Assembly: GCF_037042905.1 (NCBI RefSeq)
Contig: NC_087247.1
Location: 44,516,001-44,580,000 of the forward strand
Reading direction: 5' to 3'
DNA length: 64,000 bases
Source of the DNA: Lytechinus pictus
Taxonomy: Eukaryota
Part shown: in pieces, positions 1 through 11,390 of the stretch
Numbering within the stretch: position 1 is the stretch's first letter
Layout: every line of letters begins with the position of its first letter
Position numbers and translations under genes: made by a program
The notes under the pieces: generated by a model
The model's input: the letters and a program-made list of their open reading frames with translations, nothing else
Database searches by the model: none
Told to the model about the DNA's origin: nothing

Positions 1-325
1 TGTGCCGCAGGTCTTCCAATTTTGAAATATTGTATGATTTGTACAAAAAAAATACAATACAATAAAAAAGTGGGCGAGTGACATCGTCGACTCGTCCATG
101 CGTATGCACTGCCATGTGCATAGGCCTATATTATTACATTGTGATTTTTTTTAATGTAATCATAATATTTTCGTAATATTTCGATTATGAAAACAAAGTG
201 AAATCTTAGCTAACGATGTCATAATTCATTTACGTTTCATCCAATTTTGTTCAATTTCCCTGCGTTGTGATTATTTTTCTCTTTTTTACTCAAGTCAACT
301 TTTTGTTGCGATCGATCTTCCCGTT
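1..325. mobile_element. Degenerate right-hand fragment of a TTAA/Kolobok-type MITE
   Basis: Shares motifs with the 27184-27774 family: gagtgacatcgtcgact, catccaattttgttcaattt, and tcaagtcaactttttgttg near the end. The terminus is decayed. Confidence 0.45.
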
Positions 326-2559
326 ATGCATCTTGATCCCTTTTTCAACATTCAGGGAAGAGAAAGCCATTATGGCAATTCAATATGATATAAAACAGAC
401 AAAGTGTACCATCATAATTGCTAGAATTCAAACGTTTGTCATTTCTTGGTAGATAAAAAATGGGCATGTTAGGAATCGAAAGCGAGTTCATGACGTCATT
501 ATTTCTTTTTGCTTACAAAACAGTAATTTTTATGCACATTTACACAACTTTTTTATGATCAGGATAAAGTTGTGTTTAATAATGATATTCACTGAGGGCT
601 CTTGTTTGTGTGTTTGTTTGTTTGTTTTGCTTTGCATATTTTACCATGATCGTGATGGTATCAGAGTTGACAAACATTTAAAAAGGTATAAATTGGAATC
701 ATAATGCCAAACCGTAGTTAGGTTTAAGGTTATCTATGAGAGAACTGCTATATGACTGTCCATGGCATTACATCCGATCAAATCTTTCAAGAATTTTAAT
801 TGTGAAAAGTGCATGGAACTTTTAATGACGTTAATAAATGCGTTTTTATGGAATCTGTAAGGTGTTGATTCGGGGGTATGACGCGCTGACATCCCATTAT
901 TGCCCTTTATTCGCAAGATGGTGAGTAAAGTCGTAAAGTAGATTCAAGTGGGGCCGGCCGGGCAAGTATAGGAATATTTCCTAAAAAATATCCACATTTT
1001 TGTTGCCACCCGACATTTCCTCACCGCTGTTTGACATCCATCTAACAACTTCGTCTCTAAGAAAATTACGAAAACAAAGCAGTGTACATTAATTTTTAAA
1101 ATATATTAGCAATAAGGTGACTTGAATAGGTATATGTCATTAATTTTCGTATGTATTTTATTCTTTATTAATTTTGAAATGACAAAAAGTAATCTTGCTG
1201 TATAGGTTGTTTTGCCTAATTAATTAGATTAATATCCTTTCCTTTGTGTTCTTATGTTTATTTCCAGTTCTTCTCCAGTGGAGACCTTTACTGTCAGCTG
1301 TTTGTGTACATTTTGAATGAATTGCACATTTTTGTACCAAAACCAAATATGCAGTTATTTTCAGAAGAAAAAAATCTATGATATACTCGGTGTTAACAAG
1401 AATCAAGAGAAAGTATATGAATGGCTACTATAATGGTTTATGCATTTTCTGCTGGTCAAAACTTACGCTCATTTATTTTTAGAATGCCCCTTTATAATGT
1501 ATGTTTTTAGATGATTTTTACAAAAATATACACTTGATATAAAGCTTATTTTAAATGGTAATACCCTTCATTCTGTTCCTCTATTCTATATGCAAAATAT
1601 AATATTATTTCAACGTGATGCTTGAACTGTTTTGAATAATTTTGCTCAATTCATTCGAAAAAAGAAATTAGAATATCAGCATAAGATAGAAAAACATGCA
1701 TATGCAACAGGATAAGGTTATACCTTGATGTATAGAGTCATATCCAATCTTGCTACTGAAATTCCATGTTTTATTAATGTAAACGACATTCACATCTGAT
1801 TGTTTTTGAAAAAAAATTAAAGAAATGCTTGGTTTGAAAAAAAATCACCCAAATATGCAGTTGCCAAAAATTATTCTGGTTACTGCATATTTTTTGTTGT
1901 TGTTATTTTGGTAACATAATCAATCATACTCATAATAGGTACGGATTGTTATCATACCACTCTCTCACGCAATATACACGCAACTACATACTCTGATAAT
2001 TTGTTTCCTTTTTTCTGCTTTTTTTTTAGTCTGGTGGTGACTTCTGACATGAAATAACTTCTTCAACAAAAACCATCTTCATATCACTTTGATCACCTCG
2101 GAAAATTTGCCACTGATGTAGAACGGGCAGGAAAATAAGGGGTAAACATGGTAAATAAGGAGAGAAAATATAAATGAAAGAAATGGAAGGGCAGGAAAAA
2201 CGGGATAAATTAAAGTATGAGAAAGAAGAAAATGTGATAAAAAGTTTTTCGGGGTCACTTTTTCTCCCCTTCTCGTCTTGCTTTTGACTTTTTCCCCTTT
2301 TCCATTATGGTTCTCCTCCTTGATAATGATAATAAATGTCGATTTCTAAGGTACCATAGCCATTTTAATCTAAATGCTCAAGGCTGTTTCCTCTCCCATT
2401 TTTTTTTTGGGGGGCCAACGGCATATGCAAATTTGCATATACGAAATTATGAATGGGGCCCCACCACCCCTTCCCCAGTATGTGTATATGATCAAGTGGA
2501 GATACCCCTAAGATTAAATTCACGCTAATAATGAGCGATGTGACTTGACAATGACAGTC

Positions 2560-3157
2560 ACATAGTTCCGTGCAAGACTCGCGTGTGACTTACGACTAAT
2601 TATCTCGCACGTATGTCGCACGCACGCTGCCCGCAGGAGCGTACGCAAGTCCGATTTGCCGCAGAAAAGTTTTGAACATGCTCAAAACTTGTTCCGGTTG
2701 AGTTGCGGGTAAATTGTCTGCAGGTTCCACGCAGAACACCAATAGAAGACACGCAAGTTACAGTACACGCAGTAAACCCACTTGAAGTACGCAGATTGCA
2801 CGCGGATCTATGGCTATGCGCTGGAAATGCGTGTTATCTGGGGGCATTCTGCTTGCATAATACGGGTGAATTACTGGCAAGGAACGGTCATGATACTTTT
2901 ACTGTCTACATACGTGTGGCTGATGAGTTCTGTGGGCGAGGCGCGAGCAAATCGCGTGCATCGTGATGGCGAATAACTGCCTTTCTACTGTTTACTTGCG
3001 GGTTGGCTGCAGCCAAAATAATTTCGTTTGTTGAGCACCTCTGCTATATCACTAAGGTGATATCACCTAGCAACCTACAGGCTACTCGCACGCAAGTAAC
3101 TCGCAGCTTTGACACAGGGACCTTGCAACGCTCGTATGTCGCCCGTTACTTACACGA
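2560..3157. mobile_element. CpG-rich non-autonomous DNA transposon fragment (possibly PIF/Harbinger-like)
   Basis: Abrupt CpG-rich block with repeated cgcaagt/gtatgtcgc motifs and the near-palindrome aagttttgaacatgctcaaaactt. Termini and TSD are not resolved. Confidence 0.35.
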
Positions 3158-3565
3158 ATATGTTTTTATCTATTTATTCATTCATTTATTCATCTATTTA
3201 TTCATGTTTTCCTAATTAAAAAATAATAAAATAAGGTGGAGTGAAGTCCGATTCAGTAATAAAACCGCTTTACAACGGTGCCCTCCACCTTTACTAGCAT
3301 AATATAGAACATAAACATGATAATGTCAACATAAAACAAATGAAAATTATCATAGAGTAAAATAAAAGTTATAATCTAAAAAATAAACATAAAAACAAAA
3401 CAAAAAGATGAAGGAATACCAGAACAGAGTTAGTTATAATAAATGTTTGGCCAATCGGTATCCTTGTTTAAAATAATTTATAGAATTGATGGATTGAACT
3501 GAAAAGGGGAGTTTGTTTAATAGGGAGCTTGCTTTATAAGAAAAGGATCTTCTTTTGAAGATCGC
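3158..3565 (-). mobile_element. 5'-truncated LINE 3' end (L2/CR1 group)
   Basis: The minus strand translates AIFKRRSFSYKASSLLNKLPFSVQSINSINYFKQGYRLAKHLL*, which matches the ORF2 C-terminal pattern RSFsY.....WN.LP......S...FK..L...L. An AT-rich 3'UTR follows, then a (TAAA/TGAA)n tail at about 3160-3205. Confidence 0.7.
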
Positions 3566-4678
3566 ATGCTATCTGTGGGCATTCTGCGTGCATAATACGG
3601 GATAATTAATGGCAAGGAACGGTCATGATGCTATAACTCTCATTATACGTGTACTTTCAACGTTCGAGCAAGTGTCATAGCAGCAAGAGAAAATGAAATT
3701 GGCGATAAAAACAATCTCTCTAAAAAATTACTTAAACTACCATTAATTAACAAGTATTGATTAACAATGGTCACCCCTTCCCCACGTATATACAGTCAAT
3801 TTTTTCATTAAAATAAAATGTCAGTCTCCTCTCCTTCAAGATAGCCATTATCATGTTAAATTCGTTCATTGCCTTTTATGCTGTATCTAAAATTGCATTC
3901 GTTTTTTAAATGTATAGCCTTTTTAATGCATTTTACAACGTTTTTTTAACTGTGTAATTTATTGTGCCAACATAAACGTGTAATTTTCCTGCTCCAGCTG
4001 TTTTTTTTCATGTGCGATTGTTTTTAACATGTTTGCTCATCAATGAATACAATTTTAAATTGAATTTTTATCATCCTAATTTTCTAATTTTATGTGAATA
4101 AGTAGCTAGATATCTATATCATATACGATATGATATATTTGCCTTTAGTATGCCCTATTATTTCTGTAATATGATTGGTCAATTTGTCTGAGAGACAATC
4201 CCGTAGTTACCTCAAAACATTATACGACCTCATGGTAAAGAACCATATTATGTCATGTTCCGCCAATAATATTATCTATATAGAGTGTTTAAACTATGTA
4301 TTAATAATGTGTATTTTGGTTTGAATCAATATTGCCCGTTCAATACAAGAGCGTATCCCTAAAAGGACCGAATTCCGACGGACACCCCATAGGCTCCTGT
4401 ACAAAACTTGCTGTTCAATACGAGACCGCATTCAACAGTTTAGTACGCATGCGCGTACAACAATTGAAGCAATGCTATCAGCAAGTTCAAGTTCAATTTT
4501 AAGCTAATTGAGCACAATGACACTCAATGACGTCATAATGAAGTACATGTAAGTCGCATTTCAACGACCAAATTAATTTTGTGATGATGCCATAATAGAA
4601 AGTGACATGACTTGTTCAATCAAATTCCTCTCTCTTTTTTTGGAGGGGGAGGGGGGATGTTGGATGGATGATAATAAT

Positions 4679-4797
4679 TATATTGGATGGCTTTATTTCT
4701 TGGAATACCAAAAATATTCCGCTCCTCTGCGATTTAAGGAATATTTGCCCAAACTCTTGTAAATATTTCTGGTATTCCATTCTTAGCCTCCAATATA
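4679..4797. mobile_element. Short palindromic MITE
   Basis: Terminal inverted repeats tatattgga(t)ggct / agcctccaatata, and an inner pair ggaataccaaaaatatt / aatatttctggtattcc. Confidence 0.5.
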
Positions 4798-6389
4798 ATA
4801 TAGATATTTATAGGCAAATATAATTTATTTCATAATACATGGGACAAAATATATTGCCCAAGAATTTTATTCGTAAATATTTTATAAGCAAAATATTAAA
4901 AGAGGCAAATTCGACCTAATTCCGCTATCACTTTAGCTCCTACAATCACTTTATATCAACTTTGAAAGAAATAAGAAGACTATAACGATTTCTAGCATTG
5001 CTTCCATCTTCATTTTTCGTGTTCAGTTTTATTATTATTTGCAGTACCTACAGGTCAAGTTCAGCAATCTAAATTGTTCGGTCTGGTCAGAGTGTTCGGT
5101 TTATTCTGTTCTCCTTGTGGGAAAGAGGTCGAGATAAATCGTAGCAAGTGACTTCAATAATTCCAGATCCAATTCCCCATACACCAACACCAAATCATGC
5201 GCGTGTCACACTTGGCACAACTAAAGCCCATAAATATTGTTCCACTGTCATACTCGCAATCATCACAGGGTTTCAGTTTGTTTGCTGCATTTTATTGCAC
5301 CGTCTTTAAATTTTGGTAAATTTAAAGAACATGTGTTTTTTTTTTTTTAGATTAAATTTATTGTCCGATAAGACAATTTTTTTAATGGAACACAATTTAA
5401 CGCATGTTGTGTGCTTGGAAAAAAAGATCTAAAGAATGTTTTGGGTAAAAGTTTTAATCAAAATTATGAAATAAAATCAGGTCCGCTATGATTATTTCCT
5501 ACTTTTTAATGCATGTCATACATCCCGATATCAGTATTGCATATGCGGTTTGTTCTCTTTAAAATCAATAAGTTGGGTTTTTTTTAATCAAAGGGACGTG
5601 CCAATTTTACAATCTCTAGAAAAAGTTTATAAACTCTATGGTCCAACATGCTATTAATAAAATAAAAGCAGTTTACACGAGTATTGTCTGAAGACGAAGC
5701 CCTTAGTTAGACATCTTAGAGCCAAATGAGCACCCAAACGATAACTTACTACTTAGTGTTAACCGTGGATCCCTTCCCCCCCCCCCCCTTACCGGCCCAT
5801 ATTTAGAACGCCTGTTAAACTTACACTCTTTGTGGGATAAACTATATGGGTAGTCAAATGTGACGCAAATCTCCATAACTTGAGGATCGATCTGTCATCA
5901 CATCTTTCACTCCTTGTAGATTTAAATATGAAGTTAAAAGATTTGAATACGCATCACAAACCGCCTCAAAATGATAAATGCATTATATTTCTTCACCTTT
6001 AAAACATCGGAAAGATCCAAATAACTCACAAGAAGTATGCGATGAAAACAAACATTAGACAATCACTCTAATAGCTAGCTCACAATGCTTTTATTCCAGA
6101 CTTAGTCCAGTTTTGTCTACTTTCCATTTGGTCTCATTGCACATAGCATGATCCTACTTCGTCTACAATCAGCTCGTATTTTTACCATTCGGTCCAGTTG
6201 TCACTTTTTCCCCCATAACATTTTGACGACTTTCCAGTTGTAGGCTATGATTTTATTCCCATTTTGTTTAATATCCACTTTAATGCAAATTAGGCATATT
6301 CTATAATGATAAGACCTCGCTGAACTGTATCTGTGTGAACCGCATTTTGATTTCACAGTGGAGAAATGTATGATTGATTAATTTTATTC

Positions 6390-6572
6390 GCCAGGTATAA
6401 TAATGGTTACAGCATTAGACTCATATAATCGCAAGATTATGAGTTCGAATCCCCGCTCTGCCGTTGTCTCCAATTTGATAAAAAGAGACGAGAGTAATAT
6501 CTGTCGTCTAATAGGTCAGTCACTATGCATAAAAATAATGTCCTGCCGAGTTCCTATGGCATGTACGGGAGT
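6390..6572 (+). mobile_element. tRNA-derived SINE (head and body), followed by or interrupted by a MITE
   Basis: A-box-like ggtataataatggtta (6394-6409) and B box gagttcgaatcc (6441-6452). The cloverleaf is imperfect and runs into a non-tRNA body. Confidence 0.6.
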
Positions 6573-6574
6573 TA

Positions 6575-6779
6575 CACTATAAAAACGCTTTTAAAAATTT
6601 TAAGCACGTTATTTAAGCCCGTCACTCTAACAACTATTGTTTAAACTTTTTAACTTCTTAAACAACTGTTTAAACTTTTTTAAACAACTGTTTCAACTTT
6701 TTAAACAAGTTGTTTAAAAAGTTTAAACAACTGTTTGTCAGAGTGACAGGCTTAAACATCGTGCTATTTTTTTACGGTG
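6575..6779. mobile_element. CAC-terminal MITE with TA duplication (CMC/EnSpm-like)
   Basis: TA|cactataaaaa...tttttacggtg|TA. Inner inverted repeat tttaagccccgtcactct / agagtgacaggcttaaa, with internal aaacaactgttt repeats. Confidence 0.7.
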
Positions 6780-6993
6780 TACTATAAACAGAAACATAAA
6801 CAAAAGAATATCAGTATCAAAATACATCAAGTAGACGAAGTGGTATTAAACAATGGACAGTAGACTATACCTTAGAAGGCAATTAACCTAAGAAAGTGTT
6901 ACACCAAGTGATGTTTGGAACAAATAGCAATTTGACAAGATGAGCAGATACATGGATACTTACTTTGGCAATGATGGTGGTTTATATTAGGTT

Positions 6994-7598
6994 GGTTTAT
7001 TTTATCTATTTTTCCGTGGTCTAATTCTAATTCTTCTACAACCAGTTCATCTATTTGACTTGCCATTTGTTATAATTACCGTTTAGCTCATTTACTATGC
7101 TGTCTAATACTATTACTTCCAATATTCACTAAGTGTATACACCACTTAGCCTCATTGGCGGCGGAAGCCAAAAATTTAGGGGGGCCCTACTGAAATATTT
7201 TGATGGACAGAGGGAAAACATTTAACAAGCCCCCCCCCCCAAAAAAAAAAAAAGGTCATCAACCTAAATTTTAGGGGGGACCACAAACATTTCAGGGGGG
7301 CCCACGTGAATTTAAGGGGGGACGGAGGAAACAAAATTGACAAGCAAAACCTGTCCCCACCTCAAATTTAGGAGGGGACAGGTCCCCCCCCCCCCCGCTT
7401 CCGCCGCCTATGCTTAGCCTACATGTACTATTGGATGAACATGCTTATGATCCAGATTTTAATTTGGCAAAGTTTAAAAAGAGACGAAGTGGAAATTAGA
7501 CCAACTTGACTATCAGAATGAGACTTATTGGGTTACTGGACCAGATTAGATAATCTAGACTAAGTTAGAATTCGAATTGATACCAAATGGGCGAAACC
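6994..7598. mobile_element. Foldback element with degenerate TAGACCAANTGG-type tandem arms
   Basis: ttggtc/tcgtc-type units on the left and gaccaa/gacgaa-type units on the right, with ggttt...aaacc termini. A hAT MITE is inserted in the middle. A similar arm pair at about 6100-6290 and 6830-6970 surrounds the SINE. Confidence 0.5.
7153..7412. mobile_element. hAT-type MITE
   Basis: 16-bp TIR cattggcggcggaagc / gcttccgccgcctatg (1 mismatch) and a perfect 8-bp TSD CTTAGCCT (7145-7152, 7413-7420). Confidence 0.9.
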
Positions 7599-7989
7599 CA
7601 TAATATCAATTTGGATTCATTGTCATCTGTTCTACACTGCTATCAAACATCATCGAGGGCCGGTCTATACTCACCTTTTTGTAAACATGAAATGAAAATG
7701 ATCCATTAAACATGTTAAGCAGCTAAGACCATTCTGCTGCGTTAATTTGCTGCAGTTCACATCAGCACTGTAACATATTATTTTGAAAAATGTTATAATT
7801 TCATTTAAACATGTCAAATGATTCATGCTTAAATTTGAGAGGATTTCTCGACTCGAGAGACCTCCTACCCTGACATGCGAGTACACACATTCAATACAGT
7901 CATGTAGACCCATTATTACACAATCAATAATTGACAAGTTATATAAATGAATGATATTAAAGATACTTATGAGTTGTTAAAATACTTAA

Positions 7990-8600
7990 AGGGGTGCTCC
8001 AGGCTGAATATATTTATATCGCAATAGATAGAGTAAAATTCACAAAGCAAAATGCTGACAATTTGATCAAAATCGGATTACAATAGCGAAGTTATTGTAT
8101 TTTAAAGATTTGCATTATTCCGGTGAAACAGTTCTTGGCACGTCTTTATGAATTTGCATTAGGTGGGCTGATGAAGTCATATCCCCACTTGTTCTATTGT
8201 ATTCTATTATATGAAATTAGGTTTATTAAAAAAAAAATCTACCAAGAACTAAAATAATTGGATTGACAACTGATTGAATGCATTAATTATTTATTGCTGC
8301 AACTTATTCCATTTTAATGGAAACACATCATTAAAACATGCATGAAAAAAATGAAACAATAATAATAATAATAATGATTAATAACATAAGAAAAAGGAAA
8401 GTGGGGATGAGACATCATCAGCCCACCGAATTAATATTCATGAAGACATGCCTAGAACTCTTTCATCGGAATATTGCAAATATTTATAATTCAATAACTT
8501 TGTTATTTGTTATCCGATTTTGATGAAATTTTCAGCATTTCGCTTTGTGAATTTTGCTCTATTTATGTAGATATAAATATCTTCAACCTGGAGTACCCCT
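7990..8600. mobile_element. TTAA-target MITE with AGG...CCT termini (Kolobok-type)
   Basis: TTAA|aggggtgctccaggctgaa ... ttcaacctggagtacccct|TTAA, with long imperfect internal inverted repeats. Confidence 0.85.
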
Positions 8601-8699
8601 TTAAAGGGCATGTACATGTAACGTTTTACTTCATTGTGAATAATAGACACATATTTCGTAGAATAATATGATACAATCATCACAGCTTATCAGACGGAT

Positions 8700-9112
8700 G
8701 AAAAGGAAAGAGAGGGGGTGGGCGAAAGGAGAGATAGGGGAGGGGAGATAGAGAGAGGAAAAAACAAAGGAGGAGGGGGGGGGGGCTTACTGACTCCCAC
8801 CGGTCATGACGGTCGGCAGGATTCTTTGTGACCAACTCCAAAGAGTGATAAATTGGTCGTAAAAGGCAGGCGAGAAATTGCAGGAAATATTTTTTTCTGT
8901 TCTGCAACATAATGAAGATTTTCACAGATTGTGTCGCGGAGGTTTTTTTTTTATAATGATCGTCCCTTGGCCGGGGATTCAGACAAGCCTCGTTGAGTCA
9001 CGCGATGAATACCGGCTCGCTCTGAGTTTAAAAGGAGGAAAAGCATCCTAAAGGGGATCTTGTGCAAATGAGAGCCAAATCCATAGAAAATGTGTAATTT
9101 TACTTCGTAAGT
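8700..9112 (+). promoter_or_regulatory. Candidate cis-regulatory/non-coding exon region
   Basis: A GA-rich tract, then TGATAAAT (8846-8853) next to GGTCGTAAAA (8855-8864), TGAGTCA (8994-9000), and a GTAAGT splice-donor match at 9107-9112. Motif evidence only. Confidence 0.25.
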
Positions 9113-10226
9113 CTGTCTATTTCATTGTGAGCCATTGTTATTACTAAATTATCACATTGTTTTATTGCTACTGCTCATGTTTCTGAGTCCCTTTCTCCTC
9201 TATTTCATCTCATGATTATTTCGTCCTTTTTTACTATTATTCGGGGATCTTCGAGCTGCATGTTTATTGTTATTATGCAAAGTTGTGTTTATGCCACAAT
9301 ACAGACGACATATAATGTTTATTAAAATCTATGATGAAATTCATTTGAGTCGAGATGGGAGTGAAATTATAACACGACGGGAAGGATTAAAATCAGCGAA
9401 GAATAATGCATAATAGAAAAGGAGAAAATTACTAATTCAATAAGACCCATTATAATGCCGCCAAGCATTATTTATAGCTTTGAATTTTATGCAGTGCGCA
9501 AACAAATTACTACTAAGCAAGTACAGGACACTCCTTTTTTAAGTCTTGTTTATTTGTATTACATTGTATACAGATCCGACGAAGAGACAGTAAAAAGAGC
9601 TGGTATATACATATCGCAGATATTTTTTCTTTTAAGGCATATACCCTATTGGTTAAAGTGGCCGGATCCATAACAAAGTTTATGGTCAAGGAAGGGCAGT
9701 CGGTTGACAAGTTTAGCCTTGACCTACAAGGTGATTGTCTAAGTAGAAGTACATTCTAGAACAAAGGGGCAACATAGTCAGATTGATATTCACCATTTAA
9801 TACAATTATCAAATCTCAATCAGTTTTCTAAATATGTTCTTATACTGCCCCCCATCTTAGCAAAAAAAAATGATTTGAAGAAGTGAGGAGAGAGAGGAAA
9901 AAAAAAACACTGAAAATGTAATCGAAAATGGATGTAGAATATGACGTTTTCAATTTCTTTTTTTTTTCTCAATTTCACAAAACAGTTATGTGAAACACAG
10001 TGATATGCAAATTAGAAAGTCAATGGTCACATCTTCATTATTTCTGTTTATTTTATCGTTCAAAATTTGAGAACATCGCCATGGTCGTACCTAAATTTCT
10101 CAACAATTTTTTGTAATATTTCTAAACGGGGGCGTAACAGGTGTCGGTCGCCAGCGGGGGGGGGGGGGGTGGCAAGATTAAAAAATGTTTGTTATAGCAT
10201 TTTAAACAAATGGCAAGCGAGAAAAA

Positions 10227-10620
10227 AGTGCTTAAATATGACAAAACTGGACATAAGCTAAATGCGATGCAGAGATTGTTATCAAAATCAGGCCAGTAAA
10301 TCGCTATTTGTGACTAAATAAATAAATACTGTGGCGTGTTTCTTTTTCTCCCCCCCCCTTTTTTTTACCGGGGGCGGGAAAACCCATTCACCCCCTGGAT
10401 CCACGCCTGCCCCTAGTAACGGCTATCAGACCAAGTGGAAGCGGACAAAATGGGTATGGGACCAAGTGGGTATCGGACCAACTGCCAATTACCAAGTAGG
10501 TATTTGACAAAAATGGTAATTGGACCAACTGGCAATGAAGTTAGACGAACTGGCTATGGAACGAAGTAGCTTTTGACCCACCTGGCTATTGGACGAAGTG
10601 TCTATTAAACGAAGTCGCTC
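10227..10620 (+). mobile_element. Composite repeat (hAT-like end ...ggatccacgcctg joined to a GACCAA tandem arm)
   Basis: Aligns by eye, in reverse complement, to about 20500-20970 (e.g. aaaactggacataagct.aatgcg..gcagaga..gttatcaaa, and ctggatcc.cgcctg...agtaacg....agaccaagtg). Confidence 0.7.
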
Positions 10621-11390
10621 TATGTATTTTTTTTTCTTATGTATTCCCTTGTTTTATATTTTATTTGTATTTTTTCCACAAAAACTGACGTGACATTATT
10701 TCGGCCGTAAAAATTAAATGACTACCTGCAATGAAAGTAAAAATAATCACCAATTAATGAATTTCAACTGACAGTTACTGATAAACAATTTTGTATCGAC
10801 TTCGTACATGTAATCACTAATGTTGCGTATATGCATAACCCGGCGTCACAAATTTGGTCACAAAGGTAGCACGAGATTTGAAAGTAAAAAGTCAGCGAAA
10901 TGCATTGTTGTTGTTGTGTGTGTGATGGTGTGTGTATGTGTGTGAGGGTGCGTGTGTGTGTGTTCGCGCGCGGGGGCGGGAGAGGGGGGCTAGGACGTCG
11001 GAGGCGGGGAGCACCCCAAAACTCCATGTGACCCCTAAAAGTAGTAACAACAATGAAGGCACTTTTCTTGTCTAAATATTTTATAACTGAAAAAAATAGA
11101 AACTGCCTAAAAGTAAATTTAGTGTACAGATGGTATCCTTGCATCCTTCGACGAGTATGACCCAGTGAAACATACGTTTTGTATTTCTTTTTGTCTCATT
11201 TTTCCAGCAATATGAATTTTTTTTTTCATTGCTCGAACACACTGGCGTACCGATGGGGGATATGGCCTCCAAAAAGTCTCACGACTAAGAAAAAAAAAGT
11301 AAGAAAGGGATGTATTATATGAATATATATAAAAAATCTATCCCCAAAATCATTTCTGTATGAAAAAGGTGTAAACAAAAATGCTCGGTC

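Noticed and set aside
6390-6462. tRNA gene
   Set aside because: Imperfect cloverleaf and anticodon arm, running into a SINE body. The same applies to 21760-21834.
8967-8981. 15-bp exact match ttggccggggattca also at 55528-55542
   Set aside because: The match does not extend, and a few matches of this length are expected by chance in 64 kb.
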